A stretch of 63,962 nt of DNA, counting the filler, from Sluysia triapertura (lineage: Eukaryota): assembly GCA_046118255.1 (NCBI GenBank). It is 5 parts of 5 records of this genome, joined end to end, with 100 filler letters (N's around TTAATTAATTAA, not from the genome) between each part and the next. Parts side by side here need not be neighbours in the genome. Positions count along the whole stretch, not along the records: positions 24,864 to 36,640 come from JBJNIA010171701.1; positions 36,741 to 52,666 come from JBJNIA010214809.1; 3 more parts are not named here. One strand, given 5' to 3'. The notes beneath the pieces are model-generated. The model ran no database searches, was not told the origin of the DNA, and saw nothing but the letters and a program-made list of their open reading frames with translations. The position numbers were made by a program, and so were the translations under genes. Of the stretch, positions 28,551-42,656 are shown one piece after another; the first letter of the stretch is position 1; every line of letters starts with the position of its first letter.

Positions 28551-30822
28551 CGAGTTGCGGTTGTAAGGTTTGAATTTCTTTATACATAATATTTACTTTT
28601 CTGAAATTAAATCGTTAGCCAACGAGTTCAGTGAGAAGTTCAAATTTGATTGCATTACCTGATGACTTAGATAATGAGATACGTCCAATCAAATACACTA
28701 AAACGACAAACAGCACCAAAATAGAATGATATCATGCATTCAGCAACTGTTTAATTGTAAATGTGAGTAATGAGCACAAACGACAATAATCAAACTTTTC
28801 GTTATATCACTGTCATTAATTGACAGTTAATGCAATTATACAGCTTGATTTAAATTAACTGTCAATTATTGGCAGTTGCTAATAAAAAATGGAAATGATA
28901 ATTATTATCATTATAGTAATAATAATGATAATAAAGATGATCACAATAATAACAATAATTATGATGAAATAAATAAGTAGATTAAATTAATAATAATTAT
29001 TATAAAATTATAAAATTACAAAATGATAAAATACATAAACTTTATTGTTTTCTTACACGATCTTGTCTTTTGTTTCGTTCTTTCTTAACATATAAATAAA
29101 TGAGTTTAACTTAAGTAGGGTTTTATTAACCTAAACTATTAAAAATGATTAAAAAGTGTGAGTTTAATGTTTTTCCAATGTGTCGATGATTAGGTGTGAA
29201 ATTATTGAGAACTTGAAATGTATTTTGTAAAGTTTTAACATTTTCTATGATAATTTAAAATGTAAATTGTGATTATAATGTTGTGGCATCGTGAGTTAAA
29301 ATATTTTAATAAAATTTGAAACGTACATTGATGGTTTGAATGAAAACATAATTTTGATGTTGTTGGGTTGTGAATTTAAAATATTTTGAAATGTGAAAAA
29401 GGCTTTGATAAATCTAAAATGTTAAAATGTAAAATGTTAGTAGGTATGATATTTTATGTAAAATGATGGTTATTAATTTTGAATAAAATGTTGGCCACCA
29501 CAAATGCATAATATCTTTACATAAATTCTTGTTTCTTTTATATATTTCTCTCTTTCTTAAAAATATAAATTGTTAACATAAAAGTTTTATTCCATAAACA
29601 TCAGATAAAATGACACTTTGATGATATAAAGGTAGAGTGAACATGAAGTGAAGATTGTGAAGGAATATCAAAGTGTAATAACAAAGTTAAATGTGTTAAA
29701 GGAAATTCCATTTAAATTAATATTGCTATATTTAAATTTAAAATACAAATTTAATAATTTATGATGTTATGAATGCTTTTGGTGTTATAGAAGTGTATTG
29801 AAATGTAATAAAATTTTGTGTGAAGTTCTGTAAAGAGTACTAGATTGTCTATCTTGATTACCATGACCAAACTGATTAATGAAAGTGGCGATTGTCGAAT
29901 TTATGAAGAAGCATCTCGAACACCTTCATCTTCACTTATCACTACTATTCTGTTGAGAATTTAATTACGAATTGCACATATGACAACGCCGTGACTCAAT
30001 AATTTTGTTGGATCATCTTTAGATTTATTAAATTTAAATAAAGTGCGGAAAGAGAATTTTTGATTATCCACTTTTTTAGATTAGCTATTACCGTAAATAT
30101 AAATATTGAATGTATAGAATGTATATTGAAGTATGAAATATTGAAATAAAAATAATTGTGAAGAATATGATTTTAATCTTCTACAATAATATATTATATG
30201 AGTTATTGTTGCATAATACTGATAATGCATAATGGAAACAAAGATTTATAAGTTTTAATTCATTACACAAAGTTATCTCATTAATAATTATCTCTTTATT
30301 ATTATTCATTTTTCAATCCTGTTGAAATGAATCGATAATGAATAGTTTAATGACAAATGAGCAACTAAACATTTTTTCTTCATTGATAGGAAACAATTTT
30401 ACATGCAATATAAGTTATATAACTTTCAAAAGAGCTGAAATATTGTTGTGGAATGGTGATACAAAAATCAAAATAACAATGATTATTATTTTTATTATTA
30501 ATTTATTAATTTATTGTTTATAAATTTAAAACGATTGAATTGAAAATTAAATATTTTTATACCTTAAAGCTAAATTTGATAATTTTTCAAATACTTCTAA
30601 TTATTTTTTATAATTAAATTTTATATAAATTTTTATCATAATTAGTTTGAAAATTAAGTTTAAATGTATTAAATGTATTGCATTTAAATGTATTAAATTT
30701 AAAGATAAATTGACAATATTAATAATAATTAAATTTTTTTAATTTAATTTTTTAATTTATTTTAATTAATTTTTGCACAACTAAATTCTGCTTTTCACTA
30801 AATTAGGCCGAAGTATGATTAA

Positions 30823-31116
30823 GCCCTTCACTGTTTATTTATTTTTCAAGCGTATGGTCGAAAACTGGCTATATTTTATAACTAAAATGTGAAGACAAAA
30901 ACAAATAAAATTAGACAAACAGAGTAATAAAACATACAATGTAATATTAAATAATAACAAAAGTAGTTTATAAAGTTATTTCAGATGTCGTTTTATAAAT
31001 ATTATTAAGATTATGCTTATTATTTCGTTTGATTGTTTTGGTCCGTATGTATACGGGATTTTATGCCTGGTCAGTTTTAGTTACTCCGTAAATATACGGA
31101 ATAAACAGTGAAGGGG
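30823..31116. mobile_element. piggyBac-type MITE, family A copy 1 (294 bp)
   Basis: TTAA on both sides. TIR CCCTTCACTGTTTATT/AATAAACAGTGAAGGG. Homologous to 61689-61918. Confidence 0.9.
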
Positions 31117-31120
31117 TTAA

Positions 31121-31700
31121 GCTTGTTTAAAGGATGTATCGATGATGCTTCAAGTATATTGAACATTTAGAAAAAATATATAAAAATTATTAAAGAAGAA
31201 CTAACGAATGAATTGATAAAATGGTTTGAGAATGAATAAGTAAATGTTTGAAAATCAATTATGATAAGTCAGAATTTATCATTTTCAGAAAGATAAACAA
31301 ATATAAGTGAAACAAAGATAATTGTAAATACTATATCCGAAACTAAAATAATGTAAAATAGGATGAACATGAATGAATATTAGAAAATATATTAATAATG
31401 ACATAGAAAAGCTAATAATATAGATTTTAATAACAGTTCCGTAATATTGCAAAAATTACAATTAATAATAAGGCTTTCAAATGAAAAGAATATCTTGTAT
31501 AATACCTTATCTTAATGAAGTACTTGGGTTACCATTAAAAAAGGTAATAATCTATAAATGCTTACGTTATGGAAGCCTTGAATATTTTTTGGAAGTAATG
31601 AAAAATTCGGAAACTAAAATGAATAATTTAATCAGTATCCACAATGATAATTAAATAACTGACCGAGTACGGACTAATACTTATAAGAAAATATCAAGTA
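31121..31700 (+). mobile_element. Decayed non-LTR retrotransposon reverse-transcriptase fragment (CR1/L2-like)
   Basis: CIDD, ELIKWFEN, LKINYDKSEFIIF and KYLG motifs in the expected order, interrupted by stops and frameshifts. Confidence 0.5.
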
Positions 31701-34700
31701 ATTAGAGGATTTTGAATATATAAAACTTTTACAAATTATAAAACTTTTATTCAAATAAGAAAAATTGTTAATAATTAATCACGTTACAATTTTAAATATA
31801 GAAAAGACAAGATTTGGTGGAACACAATGAAAAAGGCACTGTTGATAATGCTATTAAACTACGCATGAAGTGGCTCAATTCTTGATATTTAAATTTATTA
31901 CTGAATCAGTACGTAACTCATAACATACTTAACAAAATTCCAAATTTAAACCATATATTTCTTAATCATTTCATAGCTCTCTATACATTCTGCATCTTAC
32001 AACCTTTGCAATCAAGCAATTCATTGAAACATTTTAATTTTAAATCACGTAAACAATAATATTACACTAGACAAATTCATCGTACAGATCATCTACAAAC
32101 TCAAACAAATTATAAATTTCGTAAAATCTAATTTATGGAAATTAAACGCTAAAAATTTCTCTTGGAATCATATCTAAATTTAATTGATAATATTTAAGGA
32201 GATTCAGTTTTGTTAAAATTAATATTAAGAATGTTAATGATGCCTTAAAACTGTATTAAACAAAAGTTGGTTATCTAAAGGTCGACCTAATCCACAAAGA
32301 AACTCGTTGATTACCCAGTACTTTCAATTCTATTACTCCATTTACAGCAAAATACGATGCAAGATTATGTTCCTACTTCTGTTTAGATAATTTAGATACT
32401 ATTCTTCTGAGTATATGAGCTTCATGTTATTTAATGAACGAACTCTCGAAACTTTTGTAGTTTCAAAAGCTTGAGTGAACAATGTGAAATAATTTATCCG
32501 ACCATAGCTAATGCAAATATAAACCATCATGTTCCAATGATCCTTTATCTATGAAATTTTTGATACCAAACAGTTTTTTCAATATGTCGATTTGTCAAAT
32601 GTTCTTGAAAATTTGCGTAACCTGTTATAAATACATTTGTTATATCAATTATGATAACTTCACTAAATGCAAAGCGATTAAATTTTCGTGAAATAGATTA
32701 AATGTATTGTTATGTCATTAGATTTTGTATTTGAAACGACTAAAACTTTCCATGTTTCGACAAATTGCTTCTATGTTGGTTATAAAAGTAATTAATTTTA
32801 TAAATATTTTAAATATTTGTATTTTATTTATTATAACTTTTATTTATTAAATGTTCAGTCTCTAAGTAAAATAAATTATAAATTTCTGTTCACGGAAATT
32901 ATAAATGTAAATAAAGATAAAAAAGATAATGAATAAAGTCTTAAAAAGTATTAAATACCCGATATTCAGAGTGAAATAAATCTGAGTCTAGTATCTAAAG
33001 TTAATTTAATAAAATGGTAATGAACATCGTAAGAAATAAAGTAAGAATAAGTAGACTTAAGAATTAATAGACTTACGAATAAGTAGGACACTTGATGAAA
33101 TAATAAATTTGTAAACTGTAATTAAAAATCAATAAGGTTTTGTCTTACAGCTGTAGCAGTTATACTTAATTTCAACTTAATGCATCTTGACTATAATTAT
33201 AAAGTATTTTGAAGGCCATTTGACAATCAGTGCTTACACCATCTTTTAATATACATCTAGAACATACAAATTCTACAATTACCAGTCGACCCAACTATTT
33301 TTCATCAATAAAAATAAATCACATGTAACATCATCCATTAATAATCATTTTAATAAGCTAAAACGTAAAAACGAATTTAAAAAATGTTTGTCTTTCTTGA
33401 TATTGTTTCTTTGAATAATTATTAAAAATGCTTTCTATGTATATTTATAACCTAGTAAAATAAAATTATAATTAAAAAAATAAATATTAAAAAATTTTCT
33501 CCAACATTAAAAATAATCAATCAGTAAAAACATTAATAGTTTATGATATTTTTAGTGACGTTATAAAATGAAAATTATTTACTAATTCATTAAGCAAACA
33601 ACTTATATTTCATTAATATTTTCATACGAGTACGAAAAAAATTCAGAAAATAAATTTACAATGCAATTGAAACTACATAAATTGAAGATGAATGTTTACG
33701 AATTAAAAAGGATAAAAATTTTAATTTAAAAACTGTAAAAATATTTTCTAACAGAAAATTTAAATTTCTTAATAAAATTGAATTTATTATATTATTTGAA
33801 GGTAATATTTTAATTTTAATATTTAAATAAAATTAATTTTATTTTATTAATTTAATGTACTCCCAAAGTTGGCATATGGTATTAATACATCTTTCTTAAA
33901 GGGAAATTAATGTAATAAACGATTTAATGCTCAAAACATTAAATAATTATTTAAAGAAAATTAAAAGAATTGAATTTTAAATTTGTGTTAATTAATTTAC
34001 TATTTAATAAAGTGTATTGGCCAACCTATTTCCTTAATTCGTTTTATAAAAATTTACATAGAATGTTCTTAAAACACTCATCGTAAACATCTATTTTACA
34101 TAAACTTTCGCTAATCTAATAATCATTCTCAAAATCTACAAATCACATTCAAAAATCAATAGAAAACAACATTAAACTAAATCAACAATTTGTGCATAAA
34201 ACCATACTTTTAAACATTTTAACATTATCATATTTATCTCTTTTACTTCCACTAAAAGCATCCTTTTTTATATAAGTTTTTCTCGACACAATGTTTACTT
34301 CCAAATCTACAACCTTATAACATACAAACTACTGTGACATTCAATACTATCAAATTACATTAAAAATTCATCCCAAATATTTTATCCTTCATTTCTTAAC
34401 AATTCAATTTAAACCACATTCTCAACATTGTACAGTCACCTTCTGAACACACTAAGAGTTAAATTATAATTTATCTCCTTTACATTCACTAAACTACACT
34501 CCTCTCAATGTATCTTCAGATCACAATCTCCTAATATTCAAACATTACCTTCACTCAAAAACAGTACTCAGCATCCAAAAATCATTGTAAACATTTACAC
34601 CTTAATAAACCTTCAGCTAGAAACATTATTTTATTTAGAACTTTAAGGATTATGCTAACATCTACAAAACATTCATATTGTTTCAAAACATTTAACATCT

Positions 34701-35313
34701 AAAATTAATTCACTTGAAATGCATAAATAACATTAAAATTAACACTAAAACGCCTTACACAACATAATACATCTTTAAAACTTAACATCTCAATTTTGTA
34801 AGACCCATCTCTTTTTCTTAAGTTATTATGTCCAGAAAATCAAGGATATAAAAGTAAGATCATGTTTAATAAAGAAAAAAAAGAAATTTATGTGTTTAGG
34901 TTAATAATAATAACACTCTTATTATCATTATTATCACCATTTTTAAATGTTATTATTTTTATTTTCAATCAAACTAATAAATTATTTCGTAACTGCCACC
35001 ACCAGTGGTGGCTACATTGATTTACAATGAGATTCAATGTTACCACTGATAGTGGTCCACACATCAATCATTTAACTTTGGTTCTTCATTATTGATCGTC
35101 CAACCAGACTTATTTTTATCACTATTTTTGTACGATTCCCTCGTTGGACGACCAATCAGATTGATTTGTACCACCAAAATTATTATGCTAAAAATTAATT
35201 TGAAAAATCTGTTACAATAACAAAAAGAAACTGAAATTGTACGATTACAAAAATAATCTTGGCAATACTCTTACGACAATTATAAATGTAATCTTAAATT
35301 TTTAACTACATTC

Positions 35314-36178
35314 ATGGAATCTAACAATAATAAAGACGATGATATCGTAGCTAACGATGTCGAAGATGATGATAACGAGGTTAACAATGTTGAAGATGAA
35401 AATTACCCTGAGTAACAACAATAAAGAACACGCTTATCGGTTTCACTACTACAAAGATAATCACTATAAACTTAAAGATTACAAAATTGACATTTTTGAT
35501 TTTAATTAAAATAAAACATAAGTTTACGAATTTAATGAATGTAAAGTTAAGGTACGCGAGTTTATTAATGATAATAATATTTATGAACGTAACGAATATA
35601 AATTTGAGATTTGCGAATTTAACAATGACATTATTAATATTCACGAACTTAATGATTATAAATTTAATGTAAACGATTTTATCAATGATAATAATAATAT
35701 CTATGAATTTAATGAATATAAATTTAAGGTTTATGGAGTGAACGACAATAATAATAATCTCTACTTACTTAATGATTATAAACTTAATGAATTTAAACTT
35801 AATGATAATAAACATAAATATTACAAGTTCAACGATCATAAAATTGCTTGTGTAACTGCTCTTTGTCCATCTTCTACTGACAACAATGGGATATGCTTAA
35901 TGCACGAAATATATTGCCGCCACGCTCATTCTATTTATGAATTAAAGCTAAATAAAGTAGATCAAGCGGGTTGTAATAATCATTTACAAAGAATTGCAGA
36001 ATTACTCAAGAGTATTGGAGTTACCTCTACCACTTCTACTGACGGTATTTTAATGGACTATAACATTAAAGTAAACAATTTTTATATTCATATCCTTTGT
36101 GTTATTATTATTATTTTTTATTAGAAAGTGAAACAACTAAAAGAAGAATCATACTTAGGAACGAAGAAATTAAAATGA
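35314..36178 (+). pseudogene. Disrupted gene encoding an Asn/Tyr-rich 20-aa tandem-repeat protein
   Basis: Acidic start MESNNNKDDDIVANDVEDDD, then a frameshift and two TAA stops. An open frame 35522-36070 holds about five 60-nt repeats and a Cys/His-containing region. Probable 54-nt intron at 36071-36124. Confidence 0.5.
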
Positions 36179-37847
36179 AATTTCTAATAAATAAAATTTT
36201 GCCTTTATTTTCAACTTTTGTCTAAAGAGAATATAACAATTTGTTTAGATTTACAAATTTTAAACCAAAAAATTTTAAAGATAAATATAAATTAAAGTTT
36301 AATTCCGATTTTAACCTCAATTTGAGAAACATAATAATCATTAAACATCCGCAACATAAAGAAACAAAATTAAATTAATTTTTTTCTACAAAATGTATCA
36401 TTAATCATTTCAACGGAAAAAATAAGTTATAGGCGATTAATTTAGATTGGACCATTAAATTTTAATATTATTTATATTCTATAAATTATTATTTATTATT
36501 ACTTATTATACTATATTTTACATTTAAATGTTACATGTGGAAATTGTTTAATCTGACATTATAATTATAAATTTTGTTCTTTTATTTTAAATTTAATAAC
36601 TTTTAATGTTTCACATCAAAGGAATATGAAGATGATTTAANNNNNNNNNNNNNNNNNNNNNNNNNNNNNNNNNNNNNNNNNNNNTTAATTAATTAANNNN
36701 NNNNNNNNNNNNNNNNNNNNNNNNNNNNNNNNNNNNNNNNTTTATTAAATAATTTGTTATTATTTTAAATAAAAGTATCAATACAATATAATTTTTATTT
36801 TATACAATATTAATAATTTTTATTTTATAATATAATAAATATTGAACAATATTAATATAATAAATATTTAACAATATCAATAATAATTACATACTTACAT
36901 TATTTTGGACGATTCAAAATTTGTTTTTAATATTAAATTATCCACAATTGCTTAAAAATTATAACTCCAAATAGATATTAAATTATTGCAATAAAAATTT
37001 GAATTAAAATTAATTATTTTCAATTATTTATAGTTAAAATAATGTGATATGAAAATATAAACTTTAAATGATGTGAAAATATACTTTAACTTTTAAACTT
37101 GAACTTATTTAACTTTATGTGATGTGAACTTTAACTTTACATATATATAATGTGCTTCGGAATTGAAATTCATCTTAAATTCACTTTTTGTTTTAAAATT
37201 AATTGATAAAATAAATATTAATTATAATATGTAATGTTTAAACATTACCATTTTATCGATAAAGTGATTAATCAGCATATTTCATGAAACACGAACTTGC
37301 TCACTCATAAAATTTGATTATTATTTCCTTTACTTTTAGAATAAATATAAATAAACATTGTAGTTTTGTATAATTCTTAAATATTATAATTTTGTTATTT
37401 TAAATATGCAAGTAATGCAAACTAGAAAGAGAACGGTAGACAAGTAAGATAAGAAATGAAAATTAATTACAGTTAAAATTGTTTAAAAAAACTTTATTTT
37501 TATATCTGATTTATCGTTTTTGTATATTCATAAATATTTAAAAATTAATTTATGTAAGCTTAATATTTTTAGACAATAATGATTTTATTAATTATTTATT
37601 ATTATAATTATGCTTAATTTGTGTACGCAAAAAGTATTTTTTTGTTATACTTATAAGACATTTTAAATTAACATTTAATTTAAAATTTGTCAAAATGAGA
37701 GTGAATATTTAAACAACTTAGAGACGTTAATCTAATTTATGTATTTAGTACTGATAAATTAATATAAATACTTTGATAAAAATAAAAAGATTATTTATTA
37801 TTTATTTATTATTAAACAGTAGTAATAATAATAATATTAAACGTTTT

Positions 37848-38378
37848 TCATTTTAAGAACGAAATGATGAAAATGTTTATTTCAATCAATGAATAAGTTT
37901 AATAAATTCGCATTTACTCAAAATGTTCTGTTCAATTTCTTTTACTAAAACTGCAACAATTTTGTCTTGTTTTTTAATGATTGATTTATACTTATCTGAA
38001 GTCGGTCGTTCACTCGTCGTAGATGGAATGATGAAAGTGCAAAAATTTGTTTGCCTAGACTCTAAACACTTTAAAATGTTAAAGTTGAGTTGTATGAACT
38101 CTAAATACCTTTCTTTAATTAAAAAACACTGAATTTAAACAAAATATATTACACAAAATTGTTAACGTCTTAAATTAAATAGTTTATACACCAAAATATG
38201 AAATGCTCGTAATTGTCTTATCAAATATTGTTCTAAAATCGAATCAATCAAATATTATCAAATATCGTTAAGAGTTAATCAGTTAAGTTAATTAATTTTA
38301 CAAGTAAATACCTTTTCGGAATTGATAAATGATTTGTCGTCTAAAATGTCATCCATTTGGTAATGTTGCATAATTGCC
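37848..38378 (-). CDS. Two candidate exons of an unidentified gene
   Basis: AG/GT-bounded exon AIMQHYQMDDILDDKSFINSEK (~38313-38378) splices in phase 0 to a ~93-codon open terminal exon (CFLIKERYLEF...SFLK*). No family recognised. Confidence 0.35.
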
Positions 38379-41300
38379 TATAACTTTTTTAATTACTTTT
38401 TGAATAGATTATTATTCGGCGAAATGCGTTTGTAATTACTTTTCTTCATTAAATTATTCTGTCTAATTACTTATTTAATTGAAAATCCATTAAGATCCAT
38501 CAAGTATAATTTCATAGACAGAATTCAATAATGAAATTATTAACAATATTAAGAATTGATTTTGTGAAATTGCAATTTTTTGCCTAATATTTAATATAAT
38601 TATTGATTTCTTTACGGTCCTTTGTGCAATACCACTGTTCACATTTCAAATAATATACATTCATTAGCGTTAAAATAAATTTTACTTTTAAATTTTTTTT
38701 AAAAACATATTTCTTTAACAGTACACTAATTTGTAAACCCTCTATTTTATTTTCAATTGTAATATTAACCATTTAATATTTATTTTATATTTTACCAAAT
38801 ATAATGTTAAAGCATAAAAATGACTTTAATAAAATATATTTTTCAATACGTTATTCAAATAATATTTACTTTAACTACTTTCTCTGCAATTTTCAATTTT
38901 TCTTTCACACTTCGTTTTAGTTTCTGCTAGAAATTTTCTAATTTAATTATTCTTAAATAACTGTTCTGATAGACTATTCTGTCTTTGATTTTTACAAAAG
39001 AGAAAATTTAATTTCAAGTATAAAATTTTACATTTATAAATACCGCTGAATTTGTATAAAATGCAATATTAAAAAAATCTTTTTTTGCTTTCTCATTAAT
39101 TATAACTAATTTTACTATTTCTTTTGAAATAATTAATTTAAATTTTGTTATTTTTGAAATCTCTTATTGGTCATTTTTGTCTGCTAATATTATAAAACCA
39201 TTAAAAAACCGCAAATGTCTTGGATTAAGTTTCCAATAAACGAATAAGATCGCGTGACCTATGTGAGATTATTACTTATTGATTAAAAATGTATCACTGC
39301 CAATTTCTTATTTTTGAAGTAGTTAAATATTTGAGTTTTACAAGTTACTTTTGTAGCACATATGCGACTGTTGCAGTATGAGTTTGAGATCACTGACATA
39401 TACTAATTCAAAATCACTTTTGTTGTTTCAGCAATGAGAATTAGTACAAAATAATGTAGAAATAAGGTATCTCCTACTCGTAATTTCTAATGTTTTAAAA
39501 TATCAAATAATACAATATTAAATGTCATAACTATCAAATATTACTGGTGACATTTAAAGTAGATAAAAAATTAAAATGAATTTTGAGTTTAAAAAACATT
39601 GTGTATCATTAGATAATTTTATGATAATTGGATAATTTATTAAATTATTCTTTTCTTATAATAATCGGAACAAAATCTATTGATTTACTGCTATATCTGA
39701 AACCAAAGTTTTACAATGAAATACTAGAATATTCTTTAACTTAAAAAAGACTAATTTTATGAGTTTAATCTTGCAAAATGAGCATTGTTTGTATTCTAAA
39801 AGTAATTAATAATATTTTACAATAATAATAATAGTAATATTATTATTTTAAGAAGGATTAAGTAACTATTATTAATTATTATTTAACCAAAATGTTTAAT
39901 TTATGAAAACTAACAAATGATTTTTATTGGCCCAAAATATTCTTATTACAAGATTTGTAATATAATTATTATTCAATGATTTTAAGTGAAATATTATTCA
40001 AACAATAATTTTTTTTATAAATTTTATTTTATAGTCGAATTATTTTTTTATGCTTGCTATGTTTTACTAATTTATATTAATATTTATAATAATATTTTTT
40101 AAATTTATTTTAAAAGTAAAATAATTAGGCATCAATAGTTTTAATAATAATAATAATAATGATGATAATGATAGTAATAATAATAATAATTTTCTTTTTA
40201 AAATTTCTATTAACTATTCTGTTTTGGTTTTATTTTCTCTTTATATATTTCTAAATTTTGACGATATAAACCAAATGAATAATAAAAAAAGAAATATTAA
40301 AAGCAAGATCCCAATATAATCTTCTTATTATAAGACGATAATGCAAAATGAAAATACTTGTGGGTATTTTTAATTACAAAACATAATCCATTTTTTGATT
40401 TTGTTGTTATTCTCTGTTTTTATTAATTATCTTTTTTTTCAAATTTATTTTGCATATTAATTGTTAAAATCAATTTAATAATTTTTTTTCTATTTTTTAT
40501 CTTTAAATTTCTTTTTTTTATTATTTGTCTTTTTATTTATACCTAAATGCATCTTGGTATAGACTAAGTGCAAAGACTAGTACAGTGATGCCTTTCAATG
40601 ATTGACAGAGGTAGTGAAACATGCTTCTATTTTAATTAACATATATCTAATGCATTCATTTATATTTTATAAATTTTATATTTTATATTTTTATATTGTC
40701 ATTTTTATTTTTCAAAAATCATTTGATATTTCACTTGATAAGATTTTCATACTAACTTTTACATCATGTCAAGGTTAACTTAGTTTAAGAAGGTTTGTAT
40801 ATAACTAAAATATAATGGGAAATAATAGTGATAATAATGATGATAAATATATCTGAATAATAATTAAGTAACAAACAAATTAGTAACACTTTTTAGATTA
40901 AAAGTGATATTTTCAATTTTATATGCAAAATTGTATTATTAGTGAAACATTAAAGCAATAGATTTGGTACTTTTATTTAAAACAAGTATTAATTGTTGTG
41001 AATACGAAATTAAATTTTCTACAATAAATAATTTTCGAAAACAAAAGTACTGATAACAATCGTAGTAGTTGCATATTAATTAAATTAATGATTGTTCGTT
41101 ATTACAAACTTGTTGTTTAGTATGTTTATTAATTTTTAAATTAAAATTATAATTTATATAAGACTTAAATCAATTAATACAGGTTTATTTTCTATTATTG
41201 TAATTATTGTCATTAATTATTATCATTATTATTAATTATTATTATCAATATTATTAATTTTATTTTATAAATTTTCATTATTATTTTTATTATTATCAAT

Positions 41301-41453
41301 TTTATTACTTTATTATTTTTATTATTATTTTATCATTATTATTTATTTTATTTTATTTTTATTTTATTATTACCGTTATATGACTTGTTTTGAATCGTAA
41401 TTAAAACAAAAGTTTTAATTACTAAAGGATTTAAAAATTATTACAAATTAAAT

Positions 41454-42656
41454 ATGAGGTTGAATGATTTAACATTGCAAAAGAGTACTGGAATAAGTAA
41501 AGCTGTGCATGGACATTTTTCGGGTATCAAACAACAAGAAATAGCAGTAACAAAAGTGAAAACAATAGATTTATTACGAACTGATCAAAGTTCTGGAAAA
41601 GTTCAAACGTTAATCCCAACAGAAGTTTTTGAATTTAGTTGTTTAGAGAGTGATAGAATGATAGAAACCTATCGATACCTATTAACTTTGCAAGAAAAAT
41701 TTGATACATTCAAGTGCACTTTATCAAACCTTGAATGTTTTATGGATTCTGACATGCCCATTAGAGTTGGTAAAGAATTCCAAGCTATTATTTCAGATTT
41801 ACGTACAGGCGAGTGCGATTTGAGTGTTGAGGATGATTCCAATGAAATGCTACGTTGCAAACCATGTAAATGTAAAGACAGTGATGTAAAACTTTACTTA
41901 ATAAAATATGCTAATAAATGTGGCTATCAAATGATGATAATGCATCATGATAAAGATGCTTTATACCTACTGTTAAGTAACAAGTTTAGTGTTGAGAGGT
42001 TTTTGATTTTTATGTCTGAAATTAATTTTAATATAAGTGATTATTATGTGTCGATCGACTTAATTGATAATGATTTAAAAGAAAAGTATTCTAAATCTTG
42101 CAACTCAAAAAGATTTAGAAGAATGTTGAAGTCGCTATCCAGAAATGTTGGATGCGCTTTAAATGTTGATACGTCATCTAATATAAATAATGAGTTTAAA
42201 TTTGTGTCATTTAGTTTCGGTTGTATTCTTCGAATATGGTCGTTCAAAAGTAATTTAAAAATTGTTATTTGTTCTAATTATTCTTCTTTACCGTTAAATG
42301 TTGTTATTTTATTTGAATTACCACGTTTTACCGAGAGTAGTAAAACTTCCTGTATTGTTGCCTGCGAGAATACTGACAAGACAATTCGAGTTTGGAATGG
42401 AGAATCTGGATCGTGTTTAGCTATAACGTTCGTACATGACAATATTAATAAATTGATAGTAGATACATTAAAAAGTTTTATTAATAAAATTTCAATGTTT
42501 TATGTTGATTTTCGTTTTCTAATTTTTAACTTAAAATATTTCAAGTGCCTCGAGCACATATCTCATAATATTAATTCATTGTATAATAAAGATAAAGCAA
42601 AAATGATAAAGCCTAATCAAAAAAAGAAAACCCCTACGCCCATACTTTTATTTTAG
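41454..42656 (+). CDS. Intronless 400-aa chimeric ORF: SF3B3-like N-terminus (~59 aa), unknown middle, WD40-like fragment
   Basis: MRLNDLTLQKSTGISKAVHGHFSGIKQQEIAV...LLRTDQSSGKVQTLIPTEVF resembles SF3B3 MFLYNLTLQRATGI..AIHGNFSGTKQQEIVV...LLRPDPNTGKVHTLLTVEVF. DKTIRVWNGESGSCL...HDN is a WD40 motif. Longest ORF in the window. Confidence 0.65.
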   Translation: MRLNDLTLQKSTGISKAVHGHFSGIKQQEIAVTKVKTIDLLRTDQSSGKVQTLIPTEVFEFSCLESDRMIETYRYLLTLQEKFDTFKCTLSNLECFMDSDMPIRVGKEFQAIISDLRTGECDLSVEDDSNEMLRCKPCKCKDSDVKLYLIKYANKCGYQMMIMHHDKDALYLLLSNKFSVERFLIFMSEINFNISDYYVSIDLIDNDLKEKYSKSCNSKRFRRMLKSLSRNVGCALNVDTSSNINNEFKFVSFSFGCILRIWSFKSNLKIVICSNYSSLPLNVVILFELPRFTESSKTSCIVACENTDKTIRVWNGESGSCLAITFVHDNINKLIVDTLKSFINKISMFYVDFRFLIFNLKYFKCLEHISHNINSLYNKDKAKMIKPNQKKKTPTPILLF

